Source: Lingula anatina
Taxonomy: Eukaryota; Animalia; Brachiopoda
DNA length: 64,000 nt
Reading direction: 5' to 3'
Assembly (NCBI GenBank): GCA_051362555.1
Contig: CM120647.1
Coordinates: 9,486,001 to 9,550,000, forward strand
Shown here: in pieces, positions 12,468 to 27,884 of the stretch
How the letters are laid out: each line of letters starts with the position of its first letter
How positions within the stretch are numbered: position 1 is the stretch's first letter
Program-made: the position numbers and the translations under genes
The notes under the pieces: generated by a model
The model's input: only the letters and a program-made list of their open reading frames with translations
Told to the model about the DNA's origin: nothing
The model's database searches: none

Positions 12468-15400
12468 TTAATTGACGTCCCTGGTGGCAGAGCACGAGAT
12501 AATTCAAAAGGGGCATCAAATAAAGTATTGATAAAGACGCGATAATTGTTTGCGTTTTCCAATTAATCATGTATTTGTCATTGCGCATCCTGGAAGTGAT
12601 CAATGTCCGTATCGCTCTCTTTAGTTTGCAAAATCATTTCTTGTGTTAATAACAAGTTAGCGTTCACACGAGTAGAACACAGACCGATTTTCCGTCGATC
12701 TCAGTGACATCTTAGTTCGAGATGGAGTTTAACCATGTCGCATCCCGCAAACAACTAATTTTTACTTTTTTAACGTTAAAATATTTTTTTCCAAGCACAC
12801 CAAAATACGGATGCGTAACTCCTTCATCAAATAAACCAACTCGGCCTGTTAAGACTTTGTGCGAACGCGACCTAGAGTAGCGTTCCGATCAATTGCGTCA
12901 TAGCGACCCACAATTATCTCATGAAATAGCAATATTTCGATCTGTGATTACTATCGATTTGTCTTGCGAAGTGGTTCATGCTGACATGTACCAGTGCGTC
13001 AGTGTATTTGTACAAGTGCCTGCGCTCTCTGTTGTACTAATTATCGAACAAATTAAGAGAAACCTGGTCCACTTTTTAAGCGCAGAAAACTAGAAACTTA
13101 AAAACATACAGTGTTCTTCCTTTTGTACCCCTGCATTAGCTTTCTAAAATCTCTAAGTTGAGTGACTACATGAATAACAGTTTATTGGCGCAAATGTTTG
13201 CAGTTAAATCCTCTACTTTTGGGGGTGGGGGTGGGGGGGGGAGTACCCTCCATCAGGGTCAAAGCTTGTTTTTTCATTAGATATTTACATTTCTCAATTG
13301 TCGCGTTGGAGAAAAGTTCACATGTTTAATCTGCGACCCTAGTAGAGGGTAGAGAGGTATTTACAAATTAATTATCTTGGTAATAACGAACTTGAACATA
13401 ACTGATATAACTGGAATCAAAGACGAGTGACGACACGAAAAGAAATGTCAAAAAGCATTAACATCTACACTTAATGTGCCTTTCTACAACAGATTAGTTT
13501 CCAGTGTCGTCAAGATAGAACATGTCATTAAAAATTTAAGGCAGAGAGAGTCCGGTACCAACCGCCACGACAAAGTAATCTAGGAGTCGTGTAGGCCGAT
13601 TTCTGCTACAATACGCACGCCTTGTACAACCACATTTGAATGGGTTATTACATGTATGACGCTGAAAAAAATTACGAGGCGCGTTTACATTAAAGTGGGT
13701 CCTGGGTAGAGTCGTTCTCTTTTCACAAAGTGATAAAGCTAAACGTTCACGAAAGGCAGCAAGTTTAATTTCTCTCTACCCAAAGGATCCACCCGCCACC
13801 ATAACATCAGTGAATAGAGCAAAGGTACGGATCTTTGATCAGGCGTTCATAAAAAAAAAAAATTGCCACCCTGAGGAAGGTCGACATGACCTGTGTGTAA
13901 ACGCGCCCGTGAATGTCGCATTTTTTTTTTCAATTTGGATACACCAGTACGGTGCACAACACGCAAAGGTGTCCGCTGTCCAGAATGATTTTAAGTATTC
14001 AGTAATTTATAGCCGTGCTTTATAGCGCCTGGCACCAAAGCCATCTAAAACTAGTTAACTTTTGACTGAAACAGGGCGTCGTCCTGACCGGCCCCGCCTC
14101 TTTCATATTCTGCACAGACATGCCAATCGACTTTTAACAAAACTGCCACGTTATTCATTCATTCATTTATTCATTTATTCATTCATTCATTCTATTTCCA
14201 TGCATATCAATTCACATACCTGAACATTTTCCTTCTTCGATATTAAGATGTTTTAAAAACGTATAAATACAGTATTTAGATAGGGATTTGTATAACTCAT
14301 AATATGTAAGGCCACCGCTGCGTCGTTGTCAACTACTTTTTTGCGTTACAGAGAGCCGAGACAGACTCAAAAAGGCCAAATGGCAAAACGCATTATAAGT
14401 CATTGGGACTAAAACAATTAGTAACGATGACTAACACACAAAGTCAAAGGTGCGTGGCTTCGTTAGGAAACTAATTTTGCGTGACTAACGTTTGGCTTTT
14501 TAGGTTTACATTTTCATATTCTGATGAAAAAAAAAACGAATGAAAACTGGTATACCAGAAAACAAAAAAAATCGTTTGTGAAAAACGCGGGTAATTCATG
14601 GAAGCGCTATTGTTATCCCCTAGCGTTTACATTGCTCTCTTTTATCAAATAAGAAATGCATCTATATCATTGATTTCATTTTGCTGAGGACAAAAAGCAA
14701 CGGTATCATCTAGACCATTTAACGATTTCTACTGGTATTCTGTGTGATGTTTTATGCAGTACCACGTCATTCTGTTAATCGAATTTGTTGCACTAAATAG
14801 GGTATTGTTACCTTTATTTTTACACCGGAACCACACGCAATGTTTTCTCTTAACAGTGAATTAGCGACATTATATGTTTGCACGTCAGTTACTTTAAACA
14901 GGGAGATATTTGATACGATATTGAATAACTTGTTTTTTATCACATTATTAATATTTATATATTTATCTATTATGCCTACATCGCTTATTGTTTTGATTTA
15001 AAACTACTGTGGTCTTATTCTTTTTACCTTGTGAAAGGACAGGTGTACAATAATCCCTAATTAAACCTACTGTGAAATCTCACAAAAGTTCCAGAACCAG
15101 GGTGCATGATGAAACACCTTTGATATTCTTGTGTCACTTTTGATATATGTGTTTAAACCTTGAATTATATACAGGTAAAACGTATTGTTTTAATAAGTGG
15201 AGAGAGAACGAGACAGATGGTAGATTGAGCATCCCCCCGTAGACCCTCACGTAAATAAGGAAACATTTATTCAAATATCAACTCCTGAGATTGTAGTATA
15301 GGAAGTAAGGGGAGGTGGGGGGGGGGAGTTAACCGAATCCCTTTGGCCTCTCTTACATATCAAGCATACGTATACGCCAGAGTGTAATTACGTGTTACAG

Positions 15401-17661
15401 AGATGGCAACCAAGAACATAATTCTCATTTCGCCTGCATTACTGACATCAACGCCTTGATAAATTCAAGAAAGTGATAAAAATCGCACGAGTCTGTGTTT
15501 CTTAAAGAACCTTGACAAAGAGTGCCGGAAAGCGGTGTGTTGGGGTATGGCGCAAACCTACAGATGGGAATTAATTAAAATCGACAAACAAGGAAACGCA
15601 ATGCATAATTTATGTTCCCCAATACTTGTCATCCATTGTCAAATTGTTATGAACATTGCTTAAACTTTTGGACAGATTTCCTCTTTCATCAGCACGGAAT
15701 AAGAAGAATGTAATGAACGTGCAGTCGGTTCATTATACGATGCTTTATATTAATTGGATTTTCAACATTGGCTGCGCTTATTTCAATAAAATTCCGACAC
15801 GTTACTTAATAAAGACTAATTGTGGCATAGTTCTGGCTTAAGAAAGTTCTGTCACGGTCTGGAAAATCTACATGATGAGGCAGAGAACGGTCTCACAGGT
15901 TGCCAGAAGAATGGAAAACAAATAAAAAGCTGAATTTTCAGTTTTAAAGTCAGTGGAATGTAAGACATATAAACCCGAAATTTAATTATGAAGAACATGC
16001 AAAAACATCAAGGCACGTGCACACACGCACGCTCACACACATGGACACACACGTCAAGAGAGAGAGGGGGAGGGAGACTAAACGAATAACAGATATAGCT
16101 CATTCACAAACATTTCACTTGAAATTATATCATTCACTTATATTAAAGCTCGAATTACAGAGAATCGCCTAGACTATAGGATGTCGCGGCGCCCGCGCCT
16201 AGTAAGATTTATTATAAGGTATTATTATAATGAGATATTAAGGTACATATAAATAGAACAGGTGGTGGGTAGAGAGAGGAAGTTAGGTAGTGGGAATAAA
16301 GCTGTTTGGAAATCCACGACTCTTGTTGCTCACTTCTTCTCGATCTGTGAACCTAAAATCGAATCTTACAGGATTAAATAGCTGCTTTATAGACCCCCCT
16401 CTTCCCCCATATCCACCAGATATTATTCTAACTGACTTCTTGATGTTCTCTTTTATTCATAACACCACCAAGTGTCCCGTGAGTCCGAAATAAACGACAA
16501 TGTGCGGCCATGATTTGAAATGATTGCGATCATAAAACAAATGAGAAAGTATCCATCAGGGGGCCCCCAGATCATTTTAATAAAAACATCCTTGCATTTT
16601 GCGGGTGGCAGATCAATACGGATATGCCGCGATAAGTCGCGTGCTTTTTGCCTCGCCAAGGTCAAGGTCGCCCCCTTAGTATCACTAACAGATAACCTAC
16701 GGGTTTAAAACGTCGATAGAGCAAGTGCTGTGCCTAATATTTTTCCAATTTTTCAACACTTGGTTCTCTATCTTAAATCGGCGTAATGGTGTTATGCATA
16801 TGGCTTTTTAAAACAGACCCGCTAATAGAGTTACGGAACGATGACCAGTGGGCATTTTTGTGCGAAAGTCACGTAAAATGTGACTTGGGGCCATGACGTT
16901 TTCGCCGCTGTGCACATGTCATTGTTCGGGTGTTGTTGTCATGTAATTGACCCATGTAATCGTCCGATACCGAAAACGGCCGATCGAAGTGTCCATTCAT
17001 GTTGTTTTTCCTCTGTATGCATTATTAAAATGGCCCGCAGATAATGTCAATAGGTGAAAGTTATTGAAGTATATAGGCTTTGAGCCTTGTCGTGGTTTCA
17101 CACATGAAGAGGCTCAGAAGCAATTTATTATTTATTCATAACAACTTACAAGGGGTTAAAACCGGTATCATACACACATTTGTGTACAAAGCGTATTCGC
17201 AGTATGTTCAAGGAAAATTAGTTATCAGCAGCATATTGTCATAAGCTCAGTGAACGTTTGTGTGCTTTTTATTGTGCATTGCTATTTGTCGTTCATGTGG
17301 CCACACCGTAACGGAAAATAAATTAGTTAAGTACACATGGGGTTCAACACCGCCGTTATACTTCCTCGTGTTGAAGTCCACGGTGTCCAAAACCCCCACC
17401 TTTTGCCAGCGCAGGTCTCGTGTGTCGTATCACAAATCAATTGTTTTGTATATTTCCGCCGGTGCGCACCTGTGTTTGTGTACCTGATACCGCGGAACAA
17501 TAACGTTTTTATTGAACCATAAGACGATATTTGCCCCATGTGTCGAAGCTTCGCAAAACAACTCTTATTGAATACACCACCATCTGTAGCCGCAATACGG
17601 GGATGATGCGCTGCAAAACCATGGTCTAACATCACTTTTCCTTTTTTTTCTTTTATCACAG

Positions 17662-18977
17662 GGGATTCCGAGGCAAGCATGGAGGAGTAATGTATTTAGC
17701 GTTGCTCCATTATTAACGTGGACTGGCTCGATTTGCGAGCGCGATAGCAGAATAACGAAGCAGCAGAGACGCTGTTTGAGGTTTCATCACCACTTGTGAC
17801 GGATGATCACGATCCTCGCCTTGCCTGTCTTGAATTTGATCGTCCCGTAACATCCACAGATTCGTGATCTGGTTTAACGAGAAAAAATTACTTTCAATTA
17901 AGACGCAGAGTGGCAAGCAGCTTTAAGGAGGGGGAAAACTGCATCTGGGACACCGTGCGGAAACACTCTTGTGTCAGTAATGTGGATAGACGTCACGGTG
18001 AAGTCGATAGCTTTTTTGTAATGCTAAAATCGAGTTTTTTGGAAGCGATGGAGTACACTTTTGCGTGATGACTTCCAGACTGGGGCTTTTGGCCTGTCTT
18101 TCCACACGGACAGATATACAGATAATGCGTTAGCCAAAAGTGAGAAAGCTTTTGTTAGGATGTACTTTTATTGACGAGTTGGAACCAGTAACTTGCGTGA
18201 CTTCAAGCTTCGAGATTTCATAATCGCCATTAGAAGATGCGGATTGATGTGTAAGCCATAGGTTTAGTAGGGAAATAATCAGTGGATATATCACGTAAAG
18301 CAAAATAGAAACAACAAGTGCTTGTGTGCGAAATCAAAGTGTATAAATAATCAATCAAAACGGAAATCCCGGCGCAGTGCTGTATTGCGTGTTGGGTGGT
18401 TCAGACGACTCTGGAATTCTAGCAGATGATATTTGGAAATCTAGCGGACGGCACAGAATTCTAGCTGTTTGAAAGACAATTCCATTTCTGGGAAACATAC
18501 TGCGAACTTCACCATCTCCAGGAAGTTTAACGACATTCATATGGGAAAACTCCCTTCGGATATTTAACATTTTTCGTACGGTGCAGACGACAGCGCTGCT
18601 TCTTTAGAATTGAACGACATTTCGTATCTGCCAGCCAAATTAACGCTCAACAAGACACCGGGCAGCGAATATTCAATTTTGTCAGCGCACTGGAACTTTG
18701 ACAAAGTCTTTTGTCGAGCAGACGACAGAGACAGCATCTCGAAGTCCGAAGGAGTTGCACCGATGCCAAATTCAGGCGTCCATATATTTAACCCGGACGC
18801 CCACATCAGTCAGCAACGCATCATTGTTAGCCAACGTCTGACCACCAAGACAATTTTGAAATCATAAAGCAGACGACACTTGTTCGATTTGTGGTTCTCA
18901 ACAAAAAGGGCCGGGTTTACAGTTGACAAGGCCTAGATGTATTCCTTAGAGCCGTAAAAAAAACGTTTGTACAGAAA
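17662..18977 (+). other. Putative long 5' UTR portion of the gene A first coding exon
   Basis: Strong polypyrimidine acceptor cttttttttcttttatcacag ending at 17661; the sequence looks less AT-rich from there to the ATG. No transcript evidence. Confidence 0.4.
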
Positions 18978-19069
18978 ATGGAATTCAGGGACCTAGCGTT
19001 ACAAATGGCGCTGTACCTTTTCTTTGCCGCCAACATGGCAGTCGGGCAATACAATACTTCTATCACAAG
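18978..19069 (+). CDS. Gene A coding exon 1 (signal peptide)
   Basis: ATG in AAAATGG context; [30 protein letters not shown]; donor AG|gtaagc; phase 2 matches the exon at 28186. Confidence 0.75.
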
Positions 19070-22000
19070 GTAAGCATTTTCTTTTCTTTTTCTTTTTTTT
19101 TTCAGTATTACACTAACACATAAGATACAACATGTGTCAATTGTATGTGTGCGTGTGAGTTTGCATGGTTGTCTGTTTGAAGTATTATAATGCTTCTTGA
19201 AAGAAGATTCTCCAAAAATTAAATTACGAGCCAAAGACACTAAGATAAAATTTACTATTATCATTGTTAAATCACAGCAGAAAAATGGACCACAATCCAA
19301 CAAAGATACTGAACTAATAGTAATTATAGCTAATTGAATTTCAAGAAAGGATGGTATATAACAACCAAAGACATTGGTTGCTAACGGATATATCAGTGAG
19401 CGTTATGATCATTACCAATTAGATGGATATTAAACTAAGCTCAGAGTAAAACAGACACATCTTCATGCTATAATTGTTGTGCTTATAGAGCATATACAGT
19501 TTTTTACCATGTTAAGTTAATTGTGTTTATACTATCCGCGTCCCATTTGGAATATTAATCTTATTCTGGGTGTATCAAATGAGTCAACAAGGACGTTATT
19601 TCACGATATTTTACTTATAACATATATCAAGATAAGTTTGGATAATTGTGTTTAATACAATTGGTGTTATATCGGACCTATGAATCATACAATGATCATT
19701 TTATCCCTTGGTACTTGTATCTCAGCCCATTATGCACGCTAAGGGCTGATTAATCAATCCTTCTAATATATAGATATAACCGATCCAAAGCGTTGGAGAA
19801 ATTCTTCAATATTTTAGAGGTGTCGGAATTTAAGCCAGTTTGACCTGCTGTGTGACCTTTGAATTGATCTTCACCAAATATGTTTCAAAAACAAATAGGC
19901 AAAAGACGCTTCTCATTTATTTAAGTCATTAATTAGATTTAAGATGGCATATATCCAATGTTACAGAATGTTTTTATGAACATTTCCTTGAAATTATTGC
20001 TTTCCAATACAAAACATTTGTAGTTATTTAATGCAATGCATACAATCCCTTTGTTTTTTTGTTTTCAAAACTGTAGAATTGCCTAGATATACTGAGGCGT
20101 GTACAACTAACAATGTATTCTTGGGGCAATTCCCGTTGCCAGACCAGTTAGCCACGATATGAGCCAAACGCGTTATTAAGACACATGAAGATGCAAATCC
20201 AGGAGTAATCGAGAGATATTAGCGTGTTTTTCATTGCACTACTCCTTTCCCAAATGTTACTATCAATTCCGATAATCTAAATCACTGACAATTATGAGAG
20301 CGCATGGTTTGGTTCTAATCATTTTCCCTTTGCTGGTGGAAGGCGTTATTCCATGTTTATTAAATACGACGTTTTACATTCGATATGATTAATAAGGCTC
20401 TTGCCTGTAGGCACTTTAAGGGTAAAGTATCACCCAGAAGCTGTAAAACCTAGAATCGGCAATTGTACTAAATCTTCTCGGTTCAAAGTACGTGGTCAAT
20501 TTTTTTAAGTATCTGATTGCAATTCGTTGACGCGTCGTTGCTTATCTATGTTGCGCACCAACTAAGAGGAAGCCAAATTGGTTCCGGTAGTGAGCCAGTG
20601 TAGAAAATAAAGCGTCTTGTGATTACGGTTCACATTTAAACAGTTTCACGCGTTAACCCCATCCCTAAACCCAAACCCCATCCCCACCCACCCCTCCCTG
20701 ATAAAAACAGACAGGGAGAACGGGGTGATGCCAGTCGGCTTCTCCAACTTTCGTATTGTTGATTCTACAACTGCCACGGGAGTGATTTACTGAAAAAAAA
20801 ACGTTCTTATTTGACGCCTTCTCCTTCCTTGCCTGTCGTGATTGCTTAATATTCAGTTATGCAAAGATAATTGTAGGCCAGAGTAGCCAGAGCGTAGGTG
20901 AAACTACGTATTGGCACGCTCGTGCTCTTCTACTGTAATTAGACGGTGAGGTTTGGTGGGAATTAATCAGCGTTTTGTACCCTGCACGGTCAAGAGCGGT
21001 AACAACAAGTGTCATTTTATAACCAGAACCCCTCATTCCGAATAATCGATATCATTAAATTTGATTTTTTTTCAATATTAGTGCCGAGCACCTCTCTCTC
21101 TCACCTGAATGCACTGGCGCATCAACGATTATTTGAGAGAAAGAGAGATTGGTGACCGGGGGGAGGGGGGGGGGAGGGGGGTCTTTTATCAACTCTGCTC
21201 ATTAAGTTTTCGTGTTAGAAAAAGGTTAGAGAGAGGGAGGGGGGAGGGAGAGCGAGAGTGAGGGAAAGAGTGAGAGGGTGAGTGAGAGAGAGAAGGAAAG
21301 TGGGAGGAGAAAGAGAGAGAGATAGAGAGAGTAGAAAAACTGATAAGGGACGTATCTCCTGTTACCCTTTCCCTGGATACGCCTATATAATAGAGTTAAC
21401 ACTGCCAAATTAAATAGACGAAATGGAATGTTTAATCCCTACGGCAACTCTCTAGCCATATCAGCACTGAGAACTACTATACCTTGACGTCATAGGAGGT
21501 CATAATTTGAATAATTCAAATTGTGTACTTTCAGACGAAGTAATGATTCTTTAATAATGCACAACTGTAAATAATGCCAAAGACTCGTTACTTCCAAATA
21601 AACTAGTTGTTATTTGTTTACTCGTCAAATACATACCCGTTGGTCACCGTTTTGTAATCTAGACAGTCCTTCAACTTTGTCATTACTTACAAATAAGCAA
21701 TTTGATATATTTACTCGGCAAATATAGATCCTTCGATCATCGTTTTGTAACCCAGACGGCCTTTCAACAGAGCAGGGCAATGTTCAGCAAATAGGATCAA
21801 CGGACAGTCATAAATTATTAAATAAAACTAAATGTATTCCTTCCACAGGGCGCTGACACCGGACGTTGCTGGTAGCGTACATGTAGGTGCTCAAAGATAC
21901 GAACATAAGAATCTTGTAGCAAAACTCTTGCAGCACGCGCTACGTCCCTGATTCAGGGTTCGTTTGATCATATTCAAAAAGTGGTTCAGTGCATAACAAC

Positions 22001-25000
22001 CCACCCCCCAACAGTAAACGGCTCAGCCCCCGCGCAGTGACCATTACACAACCCCCCCCCCCAACAGTAAACGGCTCAGCCCCCGCGCAGTGACCATTAC
22101 ACAACCCCCACCTCCACCCCCAGTCGACATTATACACTCTCACAGAAATGTATTCTATCTTAGACCCCATTTCCAGAGATTAGATCGATCTACTTTAGAT
22201 CGACCTAACTCCCTGGGGTTCACGCTAAATAGCTGTCAGCCGAGCGGACACGAAAGTTAATTACCCCCTTACAGCTTGTGGTAGGCGGGACGGACATTTA
22301 AGCCGGATTATCTGACAGTAATCTAGTGAGACTCCCCGCGGGGATAGATCGATCTAAAAGCTCTGGGAATACAGCCTTAAAGTTATATGTGTGATTAAAA
22401 CGTTTGGAAAACATTTTTAAAAGGCTGTAACAGTTGAGAGATGACTTGGACCTGGCTCAAGCAGCGATGCCAGTTATGGCTACTGATGCGAGTTTTGGCA
22501 TTGCGTCAACTTAAAAGTGGAAATTTTTCATGTGTGATTACGTATTGTATTTTTTGTTGTTTATTTTATAGTAGATGGTTTTACTCTGTACTAGTACAGA
22601 AATAGGCCTTTTTACACCAGGCAAAACAGCGGCAAAGTTTTTTCTACTTATGTACACTGTATTTTAATCGAGACCCATGTTGTTAAAACGATTGAAGTAG
22701 AATGCAAATTATCTTATTTACAACAACTGCGTTTGTTTTTTGAAAATAGACCAACATTTGTATGCACATTGTATCACATAGTATATAAATAGAGTCGTTG
22801 AAACCGTAGATGCTTTGCATTCAGACTAACTGATTTAATGGACTCCCAGGCTAAAGCTATTTATAAACGACAGCCTGAGTGGTTAAATGTCTCCTTTACA
22901 TCTATAAAATGACAAGGCCCATTACTAAGCAATGTGACAGCATTATTATATGTCACTGAATGGTAAAACAATCTACGTTGTTTTAACGCGGGAGAGCCAG
23001 ACTGTTTACCCAGGCTTTTGTCTTTCGACCAACTCATAACAAACCCTTTACAACGGCCCAATGTTAAATATTTGGGTAGTGCAATGTCTCTGTAATTCAA
23101 AATGGCGCCTCTCCAAACGCAGATCGATTCTCGTACAATTTAAGAGAACGGCTCCTTTCGCTTGCTTTTATTTTATTTGAGTCAATTGTTTTGGTGCTAT
23201 TTACGAATGTTTTAACACTTAGAATCTGTTCAATACGTGGTCATATTTTCTACGTGTATCTTAAAAGCTTTGGTGCCAGCTTTTATGTTAAAAACATGAT
23301 ATAATTGGATGTAGAAATCAAAATTCTAAAAACGGTTATTAAAGCATCCATTTCGACCACCCATTTGGTAAATTATTTAATGAAGTCTGATTATACCCCT
23401 TTGTTGTGTAATAAAAAGATAGCTTTTATGTTAAAATCATGATATAATTGGATCTAGAAATAAAAATTCTAAAAAAGGTTATTATAGCATCCATTTCGAT
23501 CACCCATTTGGTAAATTATTTAATGAAATCTGATTATACCCCTTTGTTGTGAAATTGAAAAATAGATTGTTGAGGGGAATTAACATCTTTTATAGTTGTC
23601 TACACAGCCATTTCAGAATGTGAACATTTTTTCGCTATCCACAGCTCTCTCTCTCTCTCTTTGTTGTTTAGATGGTGTATATTCGTAGTTCAAAGATGTG
23701 ATTCTCTCTCTTTCTTTCTCTCTCTCTCTCTCTCTCTCTCTCAGAAATCCTAAACAATGTCCAAGCATTCTAACTTTTAGAGAAAAATACCTGCCCGACA
23801 TATTTTCATTAATCAAATAATCAGCAAGTTTTGGGCATAAAGAGCCTGACATAAGATCGTTTTATTTCTTCTCTTCCGGCGGAAATGTTGTATCGACCCC
23901 GTCATGTCAGCTTGACTTACCTTGCAGATGCCTGTATATTAGGTCAAATTCACACAGTAAAGGTGTATGAGGGGCGGGGGGCACTCAGGAACTGGTGCGT
24001 CCGAATTTTATTTTAGAGAAACTCCCATTTGTTATTCACGTATATATATATGAGTTTATGACATGAGTTACCCCCTGTATTTGATATAAGGTAGATCTTG
24101 ATTCAACGTAGGCAGCAAAGAAATAGCAATAACGTGGGTTTTCCTGATCTCTTTGGATTTTGCAAATGAAATTGCCCCGTTATAGGCTCCATCTTAATAA
24201 GCCCCTGTGAACGCTTTTAATCGTTATTTTTCCTTTTTAAAGAGACTAGTCCCTGTGTCATTGTCATGTGCGACATATTTCCCTGTGAGGCATGGCCCGG
24301 TTCCAATTTGCACAGGTGAACACTGTCCTATATTTTAACCGTATCACGTCATTCTGACCCAAACCTGTACGAACAAAATGGAGGGCGGATTCTCTGCTAC
24401 ACGGATTTTTCTGTTTCTTTATACTGGAGGAATCAGGCCCACAGTGGGTCATAACAACCCTAGCTTCGCGCAAATTGATTTTAAAATCAATCTCTACAAA
24501 GACCAGGTAATCTTGGTTGACTCGAATAGGTCGATTCGTTGGGAACATGTAATTATATATATGCTTTATTCATTGTAGCGTGTACATGTACACGGGTAGA
24601 TGAAAATGTACAATAGAAATGTAATTATAAATAAGTTTAATAAGTATTATGTAATTATTTAATATGACTACTCATAAAATAAGCACGCAGAATTCAGGAC
24701 GCCAGATCGTCAGCGTATATAAACCATTCATCATCATCAGCCAACATCTCGCTCTGTTGCTAAAAAATGACAGAAACATAACTCCTCATCAATTATAGAT
24801 ATGCCGATTTCAAATGATAATATCAATAAGGTTTCAAATATCGTAACACGAACCCCTCTTGTCACTCCTGAAATCCAATTAAGTGCGTAAGTTACGCATT
24901 GCCCTGATACCTGAGCCGTCACTTAGAGTAATTTACACACAGATAATAACTCATTGAAGTTAAGTGAGTAAATTAGTCGGTCATGGTTTGAAAGACGGGT

Positions 25001-27143
25001 TTCAATTTCGTCATGCAGCGTAACGAATTTGATCGTTTTAAGAGACGGTGGCGAAGAGCTCCCGGCATCTATACGTGCATTGTTAGGTGCTTGAGCGAGA
25101 AAAAATCTGACAGGTGTCTACTTCAGTTCTGTATATCACATTTAAGGGATAGAAAAGTGTCAATTTGTGTGAATAATAAAGTGCGATATTTCTTCGCTTT
25201 TATCGCACTTGTTGTCTTTGTCAGCGTAAAGTAACTGAATCTGTTTCAAGACAGAGCACTTCAAGATGTTCCTTTCAAAATACATCAATTCATTATAGAT
25301 TTAGAGTTTTTGGTCTCACGACCTTCACTCAAAACGAGGAGCTTTTATTATCAAGCACGTACTCGTGTCTGTTATAAAAAAGAAAAGAAAAGAATTTGAC
25401 CGTCTTTTAAGTGGTCTCGCAGACGGTCGTAATCCCACTAGTCTGGCTTAGGATACAAATTAATTTGGAATCGTTTAACGGCAGATAAGTACCCCCTCCC
25501 TATGCTTTTTTTACAGAGTTACTGGAAATAAATTACAACGTACAACAGGGCTTTTCGGACATGCAAAACTTTGGGTATTTTAAATATGTAACCGGGCACC
25601 TGCCCATAGCCTTCACAACAGGTCTAATTTGAATCGGGTATAGACTGATTGACGTCACAGAACAATCTAACCCCACATACATACGAATCTTCAAGAAGCA
25701 ATCTTAATTTTTCATTTATACAAAAGTCCTGAAAAATTGGGAGATGTACACGCTACAATGAAAAATTGACGCCAGTTTTTTCTTTGCACTATCAAGGAAT
25801 GCCAGGACAGGAAAAACATATAACGTATACCCGACCATGGGCTCGGATATCTCTAGAGACCCGTAAGATGCGCTTTCCCCCTTTTTGTTGGACTTTATGG
25901 AAAGGTTACGGTATTGCATGTATATAGGTTATTCAGACTCCTATGCAACCTTTTTTATCTTCAAAGCTACCAGCTACATTGTACTAGTCTGTTGAAAATG
26001 GTTTTAATTTGAAACCTTACGATATACCAGTGCGTATTGGGGTTTGGCTAATGAGCTTTGTATGAGCTCTACGGACCGCCAGCTTACACACACTAGTACG
26101 CCGTGTTTGCTCATTCTAGGTATTCATTATTTTCCAACTAGATATATTCCCATATGTTTCCAGAAATCGGGCACTTGGGCAGTCGTCCAGACATATTTCC
26201 TGGTCCACTGTGGATAACCAGACCAATTTACAGGGCCCTCTGCTTGTTGCCAGTCAAATTTGTTTTTTTTCTGCAATTGTCACCTTCTTATTTATTTTTC
26301 CTTATTGGTTTCAGTGCGACTGATATTTGATATGCTGTAATTCACCTCTTTCGCTCAAGAAAAATAAGCATTATATTATTTGTATTGTTGTTATTTTAAA
26401 TATCATAAATTAATTGATTTACCTTGGATGGTGCACAAAATACACTTATTTGTATTTAGATAAATTTTGAAACAATTAGGACCGTCCAAATGTCCAGAGC
26501 CTTACAATGCTCAAATTAACTGAGTCCTTGTAACTCTAGATAATATACACTTTGGTCTTTAAGTTGAACAAACTCCGTCAACTGTGAAATTTTAACATTT
26601 CCCCGCTGCCGCTGAAACGCGTGAGTGAACTTCAAGGAAAATTCTACAACTGACTTCCGGGATGCATGCGTACAATCCCGTGTTAATTCTCTCAACTTGA
26701 TGTGTCAGTAAAAATACAGTCAAACTTCAATTGATTTCGTTCAATCTTAAGTAACTGCTCAAGCATACCAAGATAGGCTCCATTATGTTGTTTGGTGCGT
26801 AATGTCAAACAGTTCGTCGTTGGCCCTTCAAGGTTGGAACCGCACCGATTTACCAAACCTCAGACATGCTCTGCACAGTCTAAATATACGATCCCGCGAG
26901 AACGGCTGTTTGCATGCTTATTACCACCAAGTCCCGCAAGCGTGATTGCCAAGTTAATGCAACTATTTCCAGCCGACCAACCCCATACAACGAATAACAA
27001 ATTACAGGAAAGAGACAACTGGGAAATGAGTGCTGTGACCTTTGACCTCTGGAATCCACTGCGATATGTGGTGGCAAAAAACATGGGGTCGTGTTTACTG
27101 TTCTCGAGGTGGGTTCGTATGTGTCTCCATCTCAGTGATGTTT

Positions 27144-27174
<31 letters not shown>

Positions 27175-27676
27175 TTTGAGGATTAAAAAAGGGAATTACA
27201 ATATAACTCGAGGATACAGGATGTATGATGACTGACTGCAGCAATGATCCCCTAGGCTGCGTGCCGTGCATACTCCAACCTTAATACAATAAGCTTCAAC
27301 TACGACATTTAAACCGATAAGAGTAACTTGGAATGTTGCAAATGTGGCAAGTCCCAAAGAAACAAGGCACTTCCAGGAAAAAATAATATGTTGATTACTT
27401 GGGGAGTTAAAGTAGCGTAATTTCTTAGATTTTGCAACGCCATATTGTGCAAAACAAAACACGTTATGTCAGACGTGATATTGTGCCATCCGCGGATGTC
27501 TCAATCTTTTTCTGACAGTGTTCAAGTTTATTCAAGAAGGCACGAACATTCTTTACAAATAATTTGATTTTCGGTCCGCAGAGACGCCTCGAAAGCAATT
27601 TCGGCGTGGAAGAAATTGAATGAAAATTGCTTTGTGTTGTTTCACAAGAAGCCGAGGTGACCATGTCAGTGGGTCT

Positions 27677-27731
<55 letters not shown>

Positions 27732-27830
27732 AACAGAGAGAGCGTTCAAAGAGAGAGAGAGAGGGAGATGGGGAACAGAGAGAGCGTTCAAAGAGAATGA
27801 GAGAGAGAGAGATGGGGAAAAGAGAGAGCG

Positions 27831-27884
<54 letters not shown>

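Noticed and set aside
16140-17050. Possible Helitron 3' end (gcggcgcccgcgcctagt) and Kolobok-like TTAA ends
   Set aside because: I could not pair termini or find a second copy in the window.
26792-27235. 147-aa ORF in gene A intron 1
   Set aside because: No recognisable domain, non-ATG start, and it runs through a (TTTA)n repeat.
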